NCBI RefSeq assembly: GCF_963921235.1
Contig: NC_086100.1
Span: forward strand, 202,122,001-202,186,000
Length of the DNA: 64,000 nucleotides
Direction of reading: 5' to 3'
From: Mobula hypostoma
Taxonomy: Eukaryota
The notes under the pieces were generated by a model that saw only the letters and a list, made by a program, of their open reading frames with translations, was not told the DNA's origin and searched no databases. Below, piece after piece: positions 51,075-64,000 of this stretch (its first letter is position 1; each line of letters begins with the position of its first letter). The position numbers and the translations under genes are program-made.

Positions 51075-52378
51075 CGGAGAGACCCGCCACCCCGTGTCCG
51101 GAGCGTGGAGAGACCCGCCACCCCGTGTCCGGAGCACGGAGAGACCCGACACCGCGTGTCCGGAGCGCGGACAGACCCGACACCCCGTGTCCGGAGCGCG
51201 GACAGACCCGACACCCCGTGTCCGGAGCGCGGACAGACCCGACACCCCGTGTCCGGAGCGCGGACAGACCCGACACCCCGTGTCCGGAGCGCGGAGAGAC
51301 CCGACACCCCGTGTCCGGAGCGCGGAGAGACCCGACACCCCGTGTCCGGAGCGCGGAGAGACCCGACACCCCGTGTCCGGAGCGCGGAGAGACCCGACAC
51401 CCCGTGTCCGGAGCGCGGAGAGACCCGACACCCAGTGTCCGGAGCGCGGAGAGACCCGACACCCAGTGTCCGGAGCGCGGAGAGACCCGACACCCAGTGT
51501 CCGGAGCGCGGAGAGACCCGACACCCCGTGTCCGGAGCGCGGAGAGACCCGACACCCCGTGTCCGGAGCGTGGAGAGACCCGACACCCTGTGTCCAGAGA
51601 GTGGGCAGACCCGACACCCAGTGTCTGGAGCACGGAGAGACCCGACACCCAGTGTCCGGAGCACGGACAGACACGACACCCCGTGTCCGGAGAGTGGACA
51701 GACCCGACACCCAGTGTCCGGAGCACGGAGAGACCCGACACCCAGTGTCCAGAGCACGGAGAGACCCGACACCCTGTGTCCGGAGAGTGGACAGACCCAA
51801 CACCCCGTGTCCGGAGAGTGGACAGACCCGACACCCAGTGTCCGGAGCACGGACAGACCCGACACCCTGTGTCCGGAGCACGGACAGACCCGACACCCAG
51901 TGTCCGGAGCACGGACAGACCCGACACCCTGTGTCCGGAGCACGGACAGACACGACACCCAGTGTCCCGACCATGGAGAGACCCAACACCCCGTGTCCGG
52001 AGCACGGAGAGACCCAACACCCTGTGTCCGGAGCACGGACAGACACGACACCCCGTGTCCGGAGCTTGGAGAGACCCAACACCCAGTGTCCGGAGCACGC
52101 ACAGATCCAACACCCCGTGTCCGGAGCACAGAGAGACCCAACACCCCGTGTCCGGAGCACGGAGAGACCCAACACCCTGTGTCCGGAGCACGGACAGACA
52201 CGACACCCCGTGTCCGGAGCTTGGACAGACCCAACACCCAGTGTCCGGAGCACGGACAGATCCAACACCCCGTGTCCGGAGCACGGAGAGACCCAACACC
52301 CTGTGTCCGGAGCACGGACAGACACGACACCCCGTGTCCGGAGCACGGAGATACCCAATACCCAGTGTCCGGAGCGTG
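51075..52378. repeat. CpG-rich minisatellite, 31-bp unit ACCCGACACCCCGTGTCCGGAGCGCGGAGAG, about 42 copies
   Basis: Period 31 (for example 51361 and 51392). Confidence 0.97.
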
Positions 52379-52909
52379 GTGTGGTCAGTGTCCCCACACT
52401 GAGCTGTAGCCTCTCCCTGTGTCTCCAGCTTGGAGCTGAACCACAGCCTGTGAACCCAGTTTGGAGCTCTCACCACACCCTCTGTCCGTGGTGAAGAGCT
52501 GCACGCACACCATGTCCCCGGCAAGGAGTTGTGTCCCTTTGCTACAGTGGGGCTCCGCTGGGTAGCCAGTGAAGTCCATTCAGCCTGCTGGTGGTGTCAG
52601 GAGGCTCTGACAGTAGATCGAAGCCACTTCAGTGCCTGATGTTCCCCTTCCCATGCCGGACATCTGGAGTGGTTCTGGAAGACAAGATGAATGGTCACTG
52701 TCCTGAATTGTGAGCTGGGAGACCCGCTGACAGGCGGGCAGCCAGACAAACCCGCCTCGCCCTCATGGTCGACAGGAGGCAGAACGGAGCTCTCTATTGT
52801 CTGGTTCGGAGCTCAGGACAGCGTCTGATAGAGAGGTGGGGACTGTGCACCTGATACTGTGTCTGTGTGTGTTCAGAACTGCGTACGTGATTGGTAGTGT
52901 GCATGTTCT

Positions 52910-55900
52910 AATTTCAAAGTAAAATTTATCAGAACACATACATGTCACCACATACAACCCTGAGATTCTTTCCCTGAGGGCATACCTTGCAAATCTTCAG
53001 AATAGTAATTGAAAACTGTAATCAAACTGTGTAAATGGAGATATAAATAAGCAGTAATAAATAATGAGTATGAAATAACAGTATAACAGAATCCTTAACT
53101 GAGTGCCATTATCCCCTTTCGTTCAGGAGCCTGTTGGTTGAGGGGTAGTAACTGTTCTTGAACTTGGTGGGGCGAGTCCTGAGGCTTCTGTACCTTCTAC
53201 CTGCTGGCAGCAGTGAGACAAGAGCGTGGCCCGGGTGGTGAGGATACCAGGCTGTAACACAGCCAGTCAGCACACCTTCCACCACACACCAACAGAAGTT
53301 TGCTAAGGTTTCTGACGACATGCCGAATCCCCACAGACTCCTGAGGAAGGAGAGGCGCTGTCGTGCTTTCTTCACAATAATATTTACATGATGGGTCCAG
53401 GACAGGTCCTCTGGGATAGTGACACCCAGGAATTTAAAGTTACTGACTATGTCTGCCTCTGACCCTCGGATGATTACTGGCTCATGGACCTCTGGTTTTC
53501 CTCTCCTGAAGTTTATAATCAATTCCTTGGTCTTACTGACATGAGTGAAAGGTTGTTATTGTCCCAATAGACAATAGACAATAGGTGCAGGAGTAGGCCA
53601 TTCGGCCCTTCAAGCCAGCACCGCCATTCACTGTGATCATGGCTGATCATCCACAATCAGTATCCAGTTCCTGCCTTATCCCCATAACCTTTGATTCCGC
53701 TATCTTTAAGAGCTCTATCCATCTCTTTCTTGAAAACATCCAGAGACTTGGCCTCCACAGCCTTCTGGGGCAGAGCATTCCATACATCCACCACTCTCTG
53801 GGTGAAAAAGTTTTTCCTCAACTCCGTTCTAAATGGCCTACCCCTAATTCTTAAACCACTCAGCTAAGTTTTCGATCTCCCTCCTGTTTGCTGATTCATC
53901 ACCACATTTGATACAGCCCACAACAGTGGTGCCATCAGCAAACTTGTATATGCTGTTGGAGCTGTACTTAGCCACACAGTCGTAGGTGTAAAGTGAGGAA
54001 AAGTAGAGCAGGGGGCTAAGTACAATTCCTGTGGTGCTCCTGTGCTGATGGAGATTGTGGAGGAGATGCTTTTGCCAATCCAGACTGACCGGGGTCTACA
54101 AGTGAGGAAAAGTAGAGCAGGGGGCTAAGTACAATTCCTGTGGTGCTCCTGTGATGATGGAGATTGTGGAGGAGATGCTTTTGCCAATCCAGACTGACTG
54201 GGGTCTATAAGTGAGGAAAAGTAGAGCAGGGGGCTAAGTACAATTCCTGTGGTGCTCCTGTGCTGATGGAGATTGTGGAGGAGATGCTTTTGCCAATCCA
54301 GACTGACCGGGGTCTACAAGTGAGGAAAAGTAGAGCAGGGGGCTAAGTACAATTCCTGTGGTGCTCCTGTGCTGATGGAGATTGTGGAGGAGATGCTTTT
54401 GCCAATCCAGACTGACCGGGGTCTACAAGTGAGGAAAAGTAGAGCAGGGGGCTAAGTACAATTCCTGTGGTGCTCCTGTGCTGATGGAGATTGTGGAGGA
54501 GATGCTTTTGCCAATCCAGACTGACCGGGGTCTACAAGTGAGGAAAAGTAGAGCAGGGGGCTAAGTACAATTCCTGTGGTGCTCCTGTGCTGATGGAGAT
54601 TGTGGAGGAGATGCTTTTGCCAATCCAGACTGACCGGGGTCTACAAGTGAGGAAAAGTAGAGCAGGGGGCTAAGTACAATTCCTGTGGTGCTCCTGTGCT
54701 GATGGAGATTGTGGAGGAGATGCTTTTGCCAATCCAAACTGACTGGGGTCTATAAGTGAGGAAAAGTAGAGCAGGGGGCTAAGTACAATTCCTGTGGTGC
54801 TCCTGTGATGATGGAGATTGTGGAGGAGATGCTTTTGCCAATCCAAACTGACTGGGGTCTATAAGTGAGGAAAAGTAGAGCAGGGGGCTAAGTACAATTC
54901 CTGTGGTGCTCCTGTGATGATGGAGATTGTGGAGGAGATACTTTTGCCAATCCAGACTGACCGGGGTCTACAAGTGAGGAAAAGTAGAGCAGGGGGCTAA
55001 GTACAATTCCTGTGGTGCTCCTGTGATGATGGAGATTGTGGAGGAGATGCTTTTGCCAATCCAAACTGACTGGGGTCTACAAGTGAGGAAAAGTAGAGCA
55101 GGGGGCTAAGTACAATTCCTGTGGTGCTCCTGTGCTGATGGAGATTGTGGAGGAGATGCTTTTGCCAATCCAGACTGACCGGGGTCTACAAGTGAGGAAA
55201 AGTAGAGCAGGGGGCTAAGTACAATTCCTGTGGTGCTCCTGTGCTGATGGAGATTGTGGAGGAGATGCTTTTGCCAATCCAGACTGACCGGGGTCTACAA
55301 GTGAGGAAAAGTAGAGCAGGGGGCTAAGTACAATTCCTGTGGTGCTCCTGTGCTGATGGAGATTGTGGAGGAGATGCTTTTGCCAATCCAAACTGACTGG
55401 GGTCTATAAGTGAGGAAAAGTAGAGCAGGGGGCTAAGTACAATTCCTGTGGTGCTCCTGTGATGATGGAGATTGTGGAGGAGATGCTTTTGCCAATCCAA
55501 ACTGACTGGGGTCTATAAGTGAGGAAAAGTAGAGCAGGGGGCTAAGTACAATTCCTGTGGTGCTCCTGTGCTGATGGAGATTGTGGAGGAGATGCTTTTG
55601 CCAATCCAGACTGACCGGGCACTACAAGTGAGGAAAAGTAGAGCAGGGGGCTAAGTACAATTCCTGTGGTGCTCCTGTGCTGATGGAGATTGTGGAGGGG
55701 ATGCTTTTGCCAATCCAGACTGACCGGGCACTACAAGTGAGGAAAAGTAGAGCAGGGGGCTAAGTACAATTCCTGTGGTGCTCCTGTGCTGATGGAGATT
55801 GTGGAGGAGATGCTTTTGCCAATCCAGACTGACCGGGCACTACAAGTGAGGAAAAGTAGAGCAGGGGGCTAAGTACAATTCCTGTGGTGCTCCTGTGCTG

Positions 55901-56750
55901 ATGGAGATTGTGGAGGAGATGCTTTTGCCAATCCAGACTGACCGGGCACTACAAGTGAGGAAAAGTAGAGCAGGGGGCTAAGTACAATTCCTGTGGTGCT
56001 CCTGTGCTGATGGAGATTGTGGAGGGGATGCTTTTGCCAATCCAGACTGACCGGGCACTACAAGTGAGGAAAAGTAGAGCAGGGGGCTAAGTACAATTCC
56101 TGTGGTGCTCCTGTGCTGATGGAGATTGTGGAGGAGATGCTTTTGCCAATCCAGACTGACCGGGCACTACAAGTGAGGAAAAGTAGAGCAGGGGGCTAAG
56201 TACAATTCCTGTGGTGCTCCTGTGCTGATGGAGATTGTGGAGGAGATGCTTTTGCCAATCCAGACTGACCGGGCACTACAAGTGAGGAAAAGTAGAGCAG
56301 GGGGCTAAGTACAATTCCTGTGGTGCTCCTGTGCTGATGGAGATTGTGGAGGAGATGTTTTTGCCAATCCAAACTGACTGGGGTCTACAAGTGAGGAAAT
56401 CCAAGATCCAATTGCACAAGGGAGTTGAAATTTACTGATTAGTTTTGAGGGGGTGATGGTGTTAAATGCTGAGCTGTGGTTGTGTGAAGGGCCAGTGATA
56501 TGGCATCGGCTGTAGACCGGTTGTTTTGGTAGGCAAGTTGGAGTGGATCCAAATCACCACTCAGACATGAACTGATATGCTTCAACACTAACCTCTCAAA
56601 ACACTTCGTCATTGTGGATACAAGTTCCACCGGGTGACAGATTATCACGCCCTTCGCTGTTCTTGGGCACCGGTACAATTGAAGCCTGTTTGAAGCAGAT
56701 GGGTACCTCACACTGCCAGAGCGGGAGGTTGAAGATATCCAGTGTCATTT
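52910..56750 (-). mobile_element. Rex1-like LINE containing a nested CR1 3' fragment (about 53564-53855) and an internal 109-bp tandem array
   Basis: KKARQRLSFLRSL, HPGHALVSLLPAGRRYRSL (53109-53522); KCFERLVL, LDPLQLAY, RSTADAISL (56439-56711). Confidence 0.85.
53991..56388. repeat. Tandem array of 22 x 109-bp units derived from LINE RT coding sequence
   Basis: AAGTGAGGAAA at 53991, 54100, ... 56389; (56389-53991)/109 = 22. Confidence 0.97.
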
Positions 56751-57198
56751 GTGTGTGTGTCCAGTATGCCTGGTATCGCATGCGTGCACATCCGGTACCG
56801 TGTGCGACTCCGGTACAGCGTGTGCGTGTCCAGTATCGTGTCTGTGTGCACGTCCATCTCAGGTACAGCGTGTATGTGTGTCCGGTACAGCGTGCATGTG
56901 CGTGTGTGTCTGGTACTGTGCGTCTCTGGTACAATGTGTATGCGTGTCCAGTCCCGTGTCTGTGTGTCCAGTCCTGAAAGCTGTGATGCACTGGGTGTGA
57001 TACAGTACAGCGGCTCAGCACATGCACCGTACATGAAGAACCCAGACCTCCACCATTGGAGACACAGCTCCCTCTGTGGGCAGGACTCGCAGTCAGGGGT
57101 GCACAGTGTTCAGGGTACGGGGGCAGGATTATGCAGGGTGGGGTACACGGGCAGGGAGTGTGGGGTGGGAGGTAAACAGGCAGGTACATTGCACATAC

Positions 57199-57296
57199 CT
57201 GAGTACAGAGCGGGAGAAGGTGACAGCCGCTGTGGGCAGAGCTGGGTATGGGGACACGGGGTCCTGTGCTGACACACCAGGGCTGGGTGTCACCCT
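57199..57296 (-). other. Candidate 98-nt internal exon of an unidentified transcript
   Basis: Unique sequence; acceptor GTTGTGTTTGTGTTTCAG; donor CAG|GTATGT; open in two frames; no homology recognised. Confidence 0.45.
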
Positions 57297-58465
57297 CTGA
57301 AACACAAACACAACGGCATAGCATCAGCGTCAGAGCCACACGGGCAATCAGGAGCACAGAGCTCTTAATTGACATTTAGACCATACCACAGCACAGCCCA
57401 GCACAGTACAGGAGAGGCCCTCCGCACCACAATGTTGGATCAACCTGTACAAACCTAATCCACAATCAAACTAACTCTTCCCTCCTACTCAGCCCGTAAG
57501 CCTTCATTTTTCTTACACCCATCTAAGAGCCTCTTCAATGTCCCTATTGTACCAGCCTGTGCCATCTCACCCGGGAGTGCTGTAAATGTCCCTATTGTAC
57601 CAGCCTGTGCCATCTCACCCAGGAGTGCTGTAAATGTTTCTATTGTAACAGCCTGTGCCATCTCACCCAAGAGTGCCTTTCAGACAACCATTAATCTCTG
57701 TGTAAAACAAATCAGATCTCTGGCATCCCTCCTAATCTTCTCTCCCGTCACCTTAAATGATATTCTCTGGTTTTGGGAAAAAACCTCTGGTTATCCTCTC
57801 TATGCCTCTCATCATCCTGTACATCTCTATCAAGTCATCTCTCAACTCTCAACTAGATATGGCATAGTTATTTCCCAGGGGATTCTAGGACAAGAGGAAA
57901 TGACTTCAGGATTGAAGGACATCCATTTAGAACTGAGATGCGGAGGAGAAATTACTTTAGTCAATCTGTGGAAGTTGTTGCCACGAGCGGCTGTGGAGGC
58001 CAAGTCATTGGGTGCATTTAAGGCAGAGACAGATAGGTTCTTGAGTAGCCTGGTCTTCAAAGGGTGTTGGGTGAAGGCAGGGGAGTGGGGATGACTGGAA
58101 GAATTGGATCAGCCCATGATTGAATGGTGGAGCAGACTCGATGAGCCGAATGGCCTACTTCTGCTCCTATATCTTATGGTCTAACTTCCTTCACTCCAAA
58201 GTTACAGCTCGCTCAACCTTTCCTCAGAAGACGGCAGCCTGGTAAATCTCCTTTGCACCCTCTCTAAAACTTCCACATCCTTCCTGTAAAGAGGCAACCA
58301 GAACTGAACACAATATTCCAGTGCGTTCTAACCAAAGTCTTAAAAGAGCTACAATATTTCCTCACGGCTCTTAACACAATCTCCTGATTAATGAAGGCCA
58401 ACACACCATACACCTTCTTAACCACCCTGTCAACTTGTACTGCCACTTTGAGGGATCTACAGATG

Positions 58466-58860
58466 TGGGTGATGGGGGTGTTGGCATCACTACCAATGGA
58501 GGTGTAAGGTGGTCCTTCCCTCTGCCAGCTTGCAGGTCACCCTGGGCAAAGTGTAACACCTGTTTGTCCCCTCACCCTCACCCCACCTTGATCAGGATCC
58601 CGTGAAGCCGTGGGAGCAGGTGGTGGATGGTCGTATGAGTACCTGCTGCATATCACAAGTCCTAGTTACACAACCACTGACACCAGGCAGACAATCTCTG
58701 AAGTATTGATAATGGCTAGGGTCACCGGTTTTGTAAAGACACTGCCCAGAAGAAGGCAATGGCAAACCACTTCTGTTGAAACATTTGCGGAGAACAATCA
58801 CAGTCATGGATAGACATGATGGCCCATGTCATATAACACAGCAGATAACGATGATGATGA
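58466..58860 (+). mobile_element. Short non-autonomous element with an RTE/BovB-like 3' motif and (GAT)n tail, inserted in a minus-strand CR1
   Basis: GAAGGCAATGGCAAACCAC near 58751-58770; tail GATGATGATGA; CR1 sequence on both sides. Confidence 0.5.
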
Positions 58861-59256
58861 CAATAGTTGTAAACCCAAAGATTCATTTGTTTCTCCACAC
58901 TGGTAATCTTGCTATTAACTGTTTTCAACTTTGACCTTCCAAAGTGAGTCACTTTACAATTTTCCAGGTTGAACTCCATGTGCCACTCCTTCCCCCAGGT
59001 CTGCATCCTGTCAGTGTCCTGTTATAACCGACAGTATGAGAATCGTCCACAGTAACTACAACTCCACCAGCGTCTGTGTTATCTGCAAACTTACTAACCC
59101 ACTCTTCAATTTACCTCATGAAAGTAATTTATCAAAATCACAAAGTGCAGGGGTCCCAGAACAGATCCCTGCAAAACACCACTGGCCACCAACTTCAGGC
59201 AGAATACATTCCATCTACAATCACCCTCAGCTTTCTATAGGAGGCCATTTCTTTTG

Positions 59257-59555
59257 GCACACACACACACACACACAGAGAACCACACCCACACTCACAC
59301 TCCCACCCAGAGCCACACAGACACACACACACCTACAGCCACACCCACATGTGCACACACGCACACAGACACACACCCATCCACACTCACACACAGACTC
59401 AGACAGCCATACACACCCATACACAGACACACACACACACATTCATACACAGAGACACACATGCACACACTGACACACACACTCATACAGACCTATACAC
59501 ACAGGGACGCGCGCACACACACACACAGAGTCACAGACAGACACACACCCACACA
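59257..59555. repeat. Degenerate (CA)n low-complexity tract
   Basis: Seen directly; a similar tract lies at 60685-60930 and a GT-rich tandem at 56750-56972. Confidence 0.9.
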
Positions 59556-59559
59556 ATCC

Positions 59560-60684
59560 TCCCCCACCATGGGAAACATCCTTTCCACATCTACTCAGTG
59601 TAGGCCTTTCAACATCTGAAAGGTTTCAATGACCTCCTCCCCCATCCTTCTAAATTCCAGTGAGTACAGACCCAGAGCCATCAAACGTTCCTCGTATGAT
59701 AACCCTTTCATTTCCAGAATCATCCTTGTGAACCTCCTCTGAACCCTCTCCAATGCCAGCACATCTTTTCTTAGATGAGGAGCCCAAAACTATTCACAAT
59801 ACTCAAGGTGAGGCCTCACCAGTGCCTTATAAAGCCTCAGCATCACATCCCTGCTCTTGTATTCTAGACCTCTTGAAGTGAATGCTAACATGGCATTTGC
59901 CTTCCTCACCACTGACTCAACCTGCAAGTTAACTTTCAGGGTATTCTGCACAAGGACTCCCAAGTCCCTCTGCATCTCAGATTCCTGGATTTTCTCCCTG
60001 TTTAGAAAATAGTCTGTACATTTATTTCTACTACCAAAGTGCATGACCATGCATTTTTCAACATTGTATTTCATTTGCCACTTTCTTGCCCATTCCCCTA
60101 ATCTGTCAAAGCCATTCTGCATCCTACCTGTTTCCTCAACACTGCCTGCCCCTCCACCAATCTTCATAACATATGCAAACTTGGCAACAAAGTCATCCAT
60201 TCCATCATCCAAATCATTTATATCCAGCTTACAAAGAAGTGGTCCCAACACTGACCCCTGCGGAATACCACTAGTCACTGGCAGCCAACCAGAAAAGGAT
60301 CCTTTTATTCCCACTCACTGCCTTCTACGACTCAGCCAATGCTCTAACCAAGTTAGTAACTTTTCTGTAATACCATGGGCTCTTAACTTTGTAAGCAGCC
60401 TCATGTGTGGCACCTTGTCAAAAGTCTTCTGAAAGTGCAAATATACAACATCCACTGCATCCCCTTTATCTATCCTACTTGTAATCTCCTCAAAGAATTC
60501 CAACAGGTTTGTCAGGCAGGATTTTCCCTGAAGGAAGCCATGCTGACTTTGTACTATCTTGTCCTGTGTCACCAAGTACTCCATCACCTCATCCTTAACA
60601 ATTGACTCTAACATCCTCCCAACCACTGAGGTCAGGTTAACTTAATTTCCTTTCTGCTGCCTTCCTCCTTTCTTAAAGAGTGGA
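59560..60684 (-). mobile_element. CR1 RT fragment flanked by CA-rich tracts
   Basis: ORFs 60315-60626 and 59790-60314 (GIPQGSVLGP, LVRPHLEYC). Confidence 0.9.
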
Positions 60685-61489
60685 GACACACACTCCCACA
60701 CTCAGACACACACACTCACAGAAGTGCAGGGCCCCACGTGGACACACACCCACACACACGCAGGGACAGACAGACACACACACACACACACACACCACAC
60801 ACAGAGGCAGCCACACACTCACACAAATGCCGGGACACACACACAGACACACATGCACACACATATACACACACACACACTGACATGTACTGACACACAC
60901 AGACACATAGTACACAGGCTCACACAGACACAGTGTCTATGGAGAGACTATATACTCTGTACTCTGACAAGCCTTCTGACAGGCTGCATCTGTGTCTGAT
61001 GGGGACTGCTACTGTACAGGATCAAAACGAGCTACAGCAATTGTAAAATTAGTCAACTCCTAATGCGTGTGAACAAGCAGTCTTGGGGTACTGCAAGTCT
61101 GTGTCTTTCCTGTTGCTGCACGCTTGCGTGCTCGGTGGGGGAGGTGGGCGCTGATGTTTTTTTTTGCTGGTGGGGAGGGGGATCGTTGCCTTGCTGCTGC
61201 TTATGCGTGGGTGGGGGGAGCCGTCATTCATTAAACATTATATTTAACTGTCATTCATTCTTTGGAGCACTCCTCTGTTTTCATGGATGGTTGTGAAGAA
61301 AAAGTAGTTCAGGATGTCCATAGAAAAATATAGAAAACCTACAGCACAATACAGGTCCTTCGGCCCACAAAGCTGTGCTGAACATGTCCCTACCTTAGAA
61401 ATTACTAGACCTCCCCATTTCCCTCTATTTTTCTATTTTTATATTGTATACATTTCTCTGACATTAGCTGTACCTTTGAAATTTTGAAA

Positions 61490-62510
61490 CTTGAAGGAAC
61501 TGGATAGGTGAGTATTTGGATAGATGTGGATTGATTACGGATAGTCAGCATGGCTTTGTGTGTGATAGGTCATGTCTATCCAGTCTTAGAGTTTCAAGGA
61601 AGTTCCCAAGATAGTTGATGAAGGCAAGGCAGTAGATGTTGTCTACATGGACTGTAACAAGACATGGGAGGTTGGACAAGAAGCTTCAATTGTTCAGTAT
61701 TTGAGATGAGGTAGTAACTTGGATCAGCCATTGCCTATGACACCAAGATTGGAATTGTTACAGACAGTGAGGAAGACTATCAAAGTTTACAGTGGGTTCT
61801 GGATCAGCTGGAAAAATGGGCTGAAAAGTGGCAGATGGAATTTAATGCAGACAAGTCCGAGGTGTTGCACTTTGGCAGGACCAACCAGGGCAGGTCTTAC
61901 ACAATGAACGCCCAGGCATTGAAGAGTACGGTAGAAATTAAGGGATCTGGGAATACATAACTTATTAAAACTGGTGTCACAGGTAGACAGGGTTGTAAAG
62001 GAAGCTTTGGCACATCGGCCTTCATAAATCAAAATAATGAGTACAGGAGATGGGATATTATGTTGAAGTTATATAAGACATTGGTGGGCCTAATTTGGAG
62101 TATTGTGTGCAGTTTTGGTCATCTACCTACAGGAAAGATGTAAACAAGGTTGAAAGAGTACAGAGAAAATTTACAAGAATGTTGCAGGGTCTGGAGGACC
62201 TGAGTTATATGGAAAGAGTGAATAGGTTAGAACTTTATTCCTTGGAATATACAAGATCAAAGGGAGATTTGACAGAGGCCTACAAAATTACGAGGGGTAT
62301 TGATAGGGTAAATGCAAGCAGGCTTTTTCCTCTGTGGTTGGGTGAGACTACAACTACAGATTATTGGTAAAGGGTGAAAGGTGAAAAGCTTAAGGGGAAC
62401 ATGAGGGAGACTTCTTCACTCAGAGAGTCATGACAGACTGGAACGAGCTGCCAGTACAAGTGGTGCAGGTGAGTTCAATTCCAACGATTAAGAGAAGTTT
62501 GGACAGGTAC
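61490..62510 (+). mobile_element. Degenerate CR1 fragment
   Basis: EYCVQFWS..RKDVNKVERVQRKFTRML. Confidence 0.8.
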
Positions 62511-62514
62511 GTCT

Positions 62515-63957
62515 AATATCCCAACGAATGATGTTATGGACAAAATGGGAGGCGAGGACCTCAGTAAAATCACTGTCACTAAAGAGATAGTGATGAGCAA
62601 ACTAGAGGGCCTAAATGTAGATAAGTCCCCTGATCCTGATGGGATACATCCCAGGGTGCTGAAGGAATTGGCGGAGGTTATAGTAGACGCGTTGGTAATC
62701 ATTTACCAAAATTCTCTAGACTCTGGTCAGGTCCTGGTGGACTGGAAGACAGCAAATGTCACGCCGCTTTTTAAACAAGGATGTAGGCGAAAGACGGGCA
62801 ACTATAGGCCAGTTAGCTTAACATCTGTAGTCAGGAAAATGCTTGTAACTGTCATTAAGGAAGCGAAAACATTTAGAAAGGAGTGGTTCCATTAGACAGA
62901 CGCAGCATAGATTCAGAAAGGGCAGGTCTCCTGTTTGACAAACTTACTGGAGTTCTTTGAGGACATAATGAGTGCAGTGGATAGAGGGGATCAGGTGGAT
63001 GTCATATACTTGGATTTCCAGAAGGCGTTCGATAAGGTGCCGCACAAGAGACTTATAAATAAGATACGGATGCATGGAGTCGGAGGAAGTGTATTGGCAT
63101 GGATAGTGGATTGGTTAACCAATAGAAGGCAGAGAGTTGGTATAAATGGGTGTTTCTCCGGTTGACAGTCAGTGGTGAGTGGGGTGCCGCAGGGGTCGGT
63201 GCTGGGCCCGCAGCTGTTTACCATTTACATTGGTGATTTGGAAGAGGGGACTGAGTGTAGCATAGCAAAATTTGCTGATGACACAAAACTGAGTGGAAAA
63301 GCAAATTGTGCAGAGGATGTGGAGAGTCTGGAGAGGGATATAGATAGGTTAAGTGAGTGGGCCAAGGTCTGGCAGATGGGACACAACGTTGGTAAATGCG
63401 AGATCAACTTTGGAAGGAATAATAGAAGAGCAAATTATTATTTAAATGGTGAAAGATTGCAGCATGCTGTTGTGCAGAGAGACTTGGGAGTGCTTGTTCA
63501 TGAATCGCAAAAAGTTGGCTTGCAGGTGCAACAGGTTATTAAGAAGGCAAACGGAATGTTGGCCTTCATTGCTAGAGGGATTGAATTCAAGAGCAGGGAG
63601 GTCATGCTGCAACTATACAGGGTACTGGTGAGGCCGCACCTGGAGTACTGTGTGCAGTCTGGTCTCCATACTTGAGGAAGGGTATACTGGCTTTGGAGGC
63701 AGTGCAGAGGAGGTTTACCAGGTTGATTCCAGGGATGAAGGGGTTAACCTATGAGGAGAGATTGAGTCGCCTGGGACTATACTCTCTGGAATTCAGAAGA
63801 ATGAGAGGGGATCTTATAGAAACATACAAAATTTTGAAAGGGATTGATAAGATAGACGTAGGAAAGTTGTTTCCATTGGTAGGTGAGACTAGAACCAGGG
63901 GACATTACCTCAAGATTCAGGGGAGAAGATTTAGGACGGAGATGGGGAGAAACTGGT
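62515..63957 (+). mobile_element. CR1 ORF2 (RT) fragment
   Basis: NYRPVSLTS, YLDFQKAFD, GVPQGSVLGP, KFADD, QRRFTRLIPG. Confidence 0.92.
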
Positions 63958-64000
63958 AGGGGTACGGAGGGCTATAGTTTGGGTGCAGTTTGATAGGGGT

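Noticed and set aside
50917..52524. Six long ORFs as real proteins
   Set aside because: Explained by a stop-free 31-bp repeat unit; no evidence of coding constraint
48685..56388. CRISPR-like arrays
   Set aside because: Units are head-to-tail with no unique spacers, there are no cas genes, and the context is vertebrate
59036..60999. His/Thr-rich and Cys/Val-rich ORFs
   Set aside because: Translations of degenerate (CA)n tracts

Overview
This is eukaryotic, intron-rich vertebrate DNA; the repeat families suggest a cartilaginous fish such as a ray or shark (inference only). Most of the window is nested retroelements: many CR1 LINEs, including one full-length copy with an esterase ORF1 and a 4-bp TSD, plus Rex1/Babar-like LINE fragments. 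It also holds a full-length degenerate Gmr1-type Gypsy LTR element (PR-IN-RT-RH order), a solo LTR, SINEs, and several Penelope-like derivatives whose terminal repeats carry minimal type I hammerhead ribozyme motifs. Host-gene content is small: the first coding exon of a PCED1A/FAM113 (PC-esterase) gene on the minus strand, a likely promoter about 2.5 kb upstream, and candidate last exons of a second, unidentified minus-strand transcript at about 50.4-57.3 kb. Four minisatellite arrays occur (units of about 57, 28/38, 31 and 109 bp), two apparently derived from LINE RT coding sequence. No prokaryotic genes or CRISPR arrays are present.
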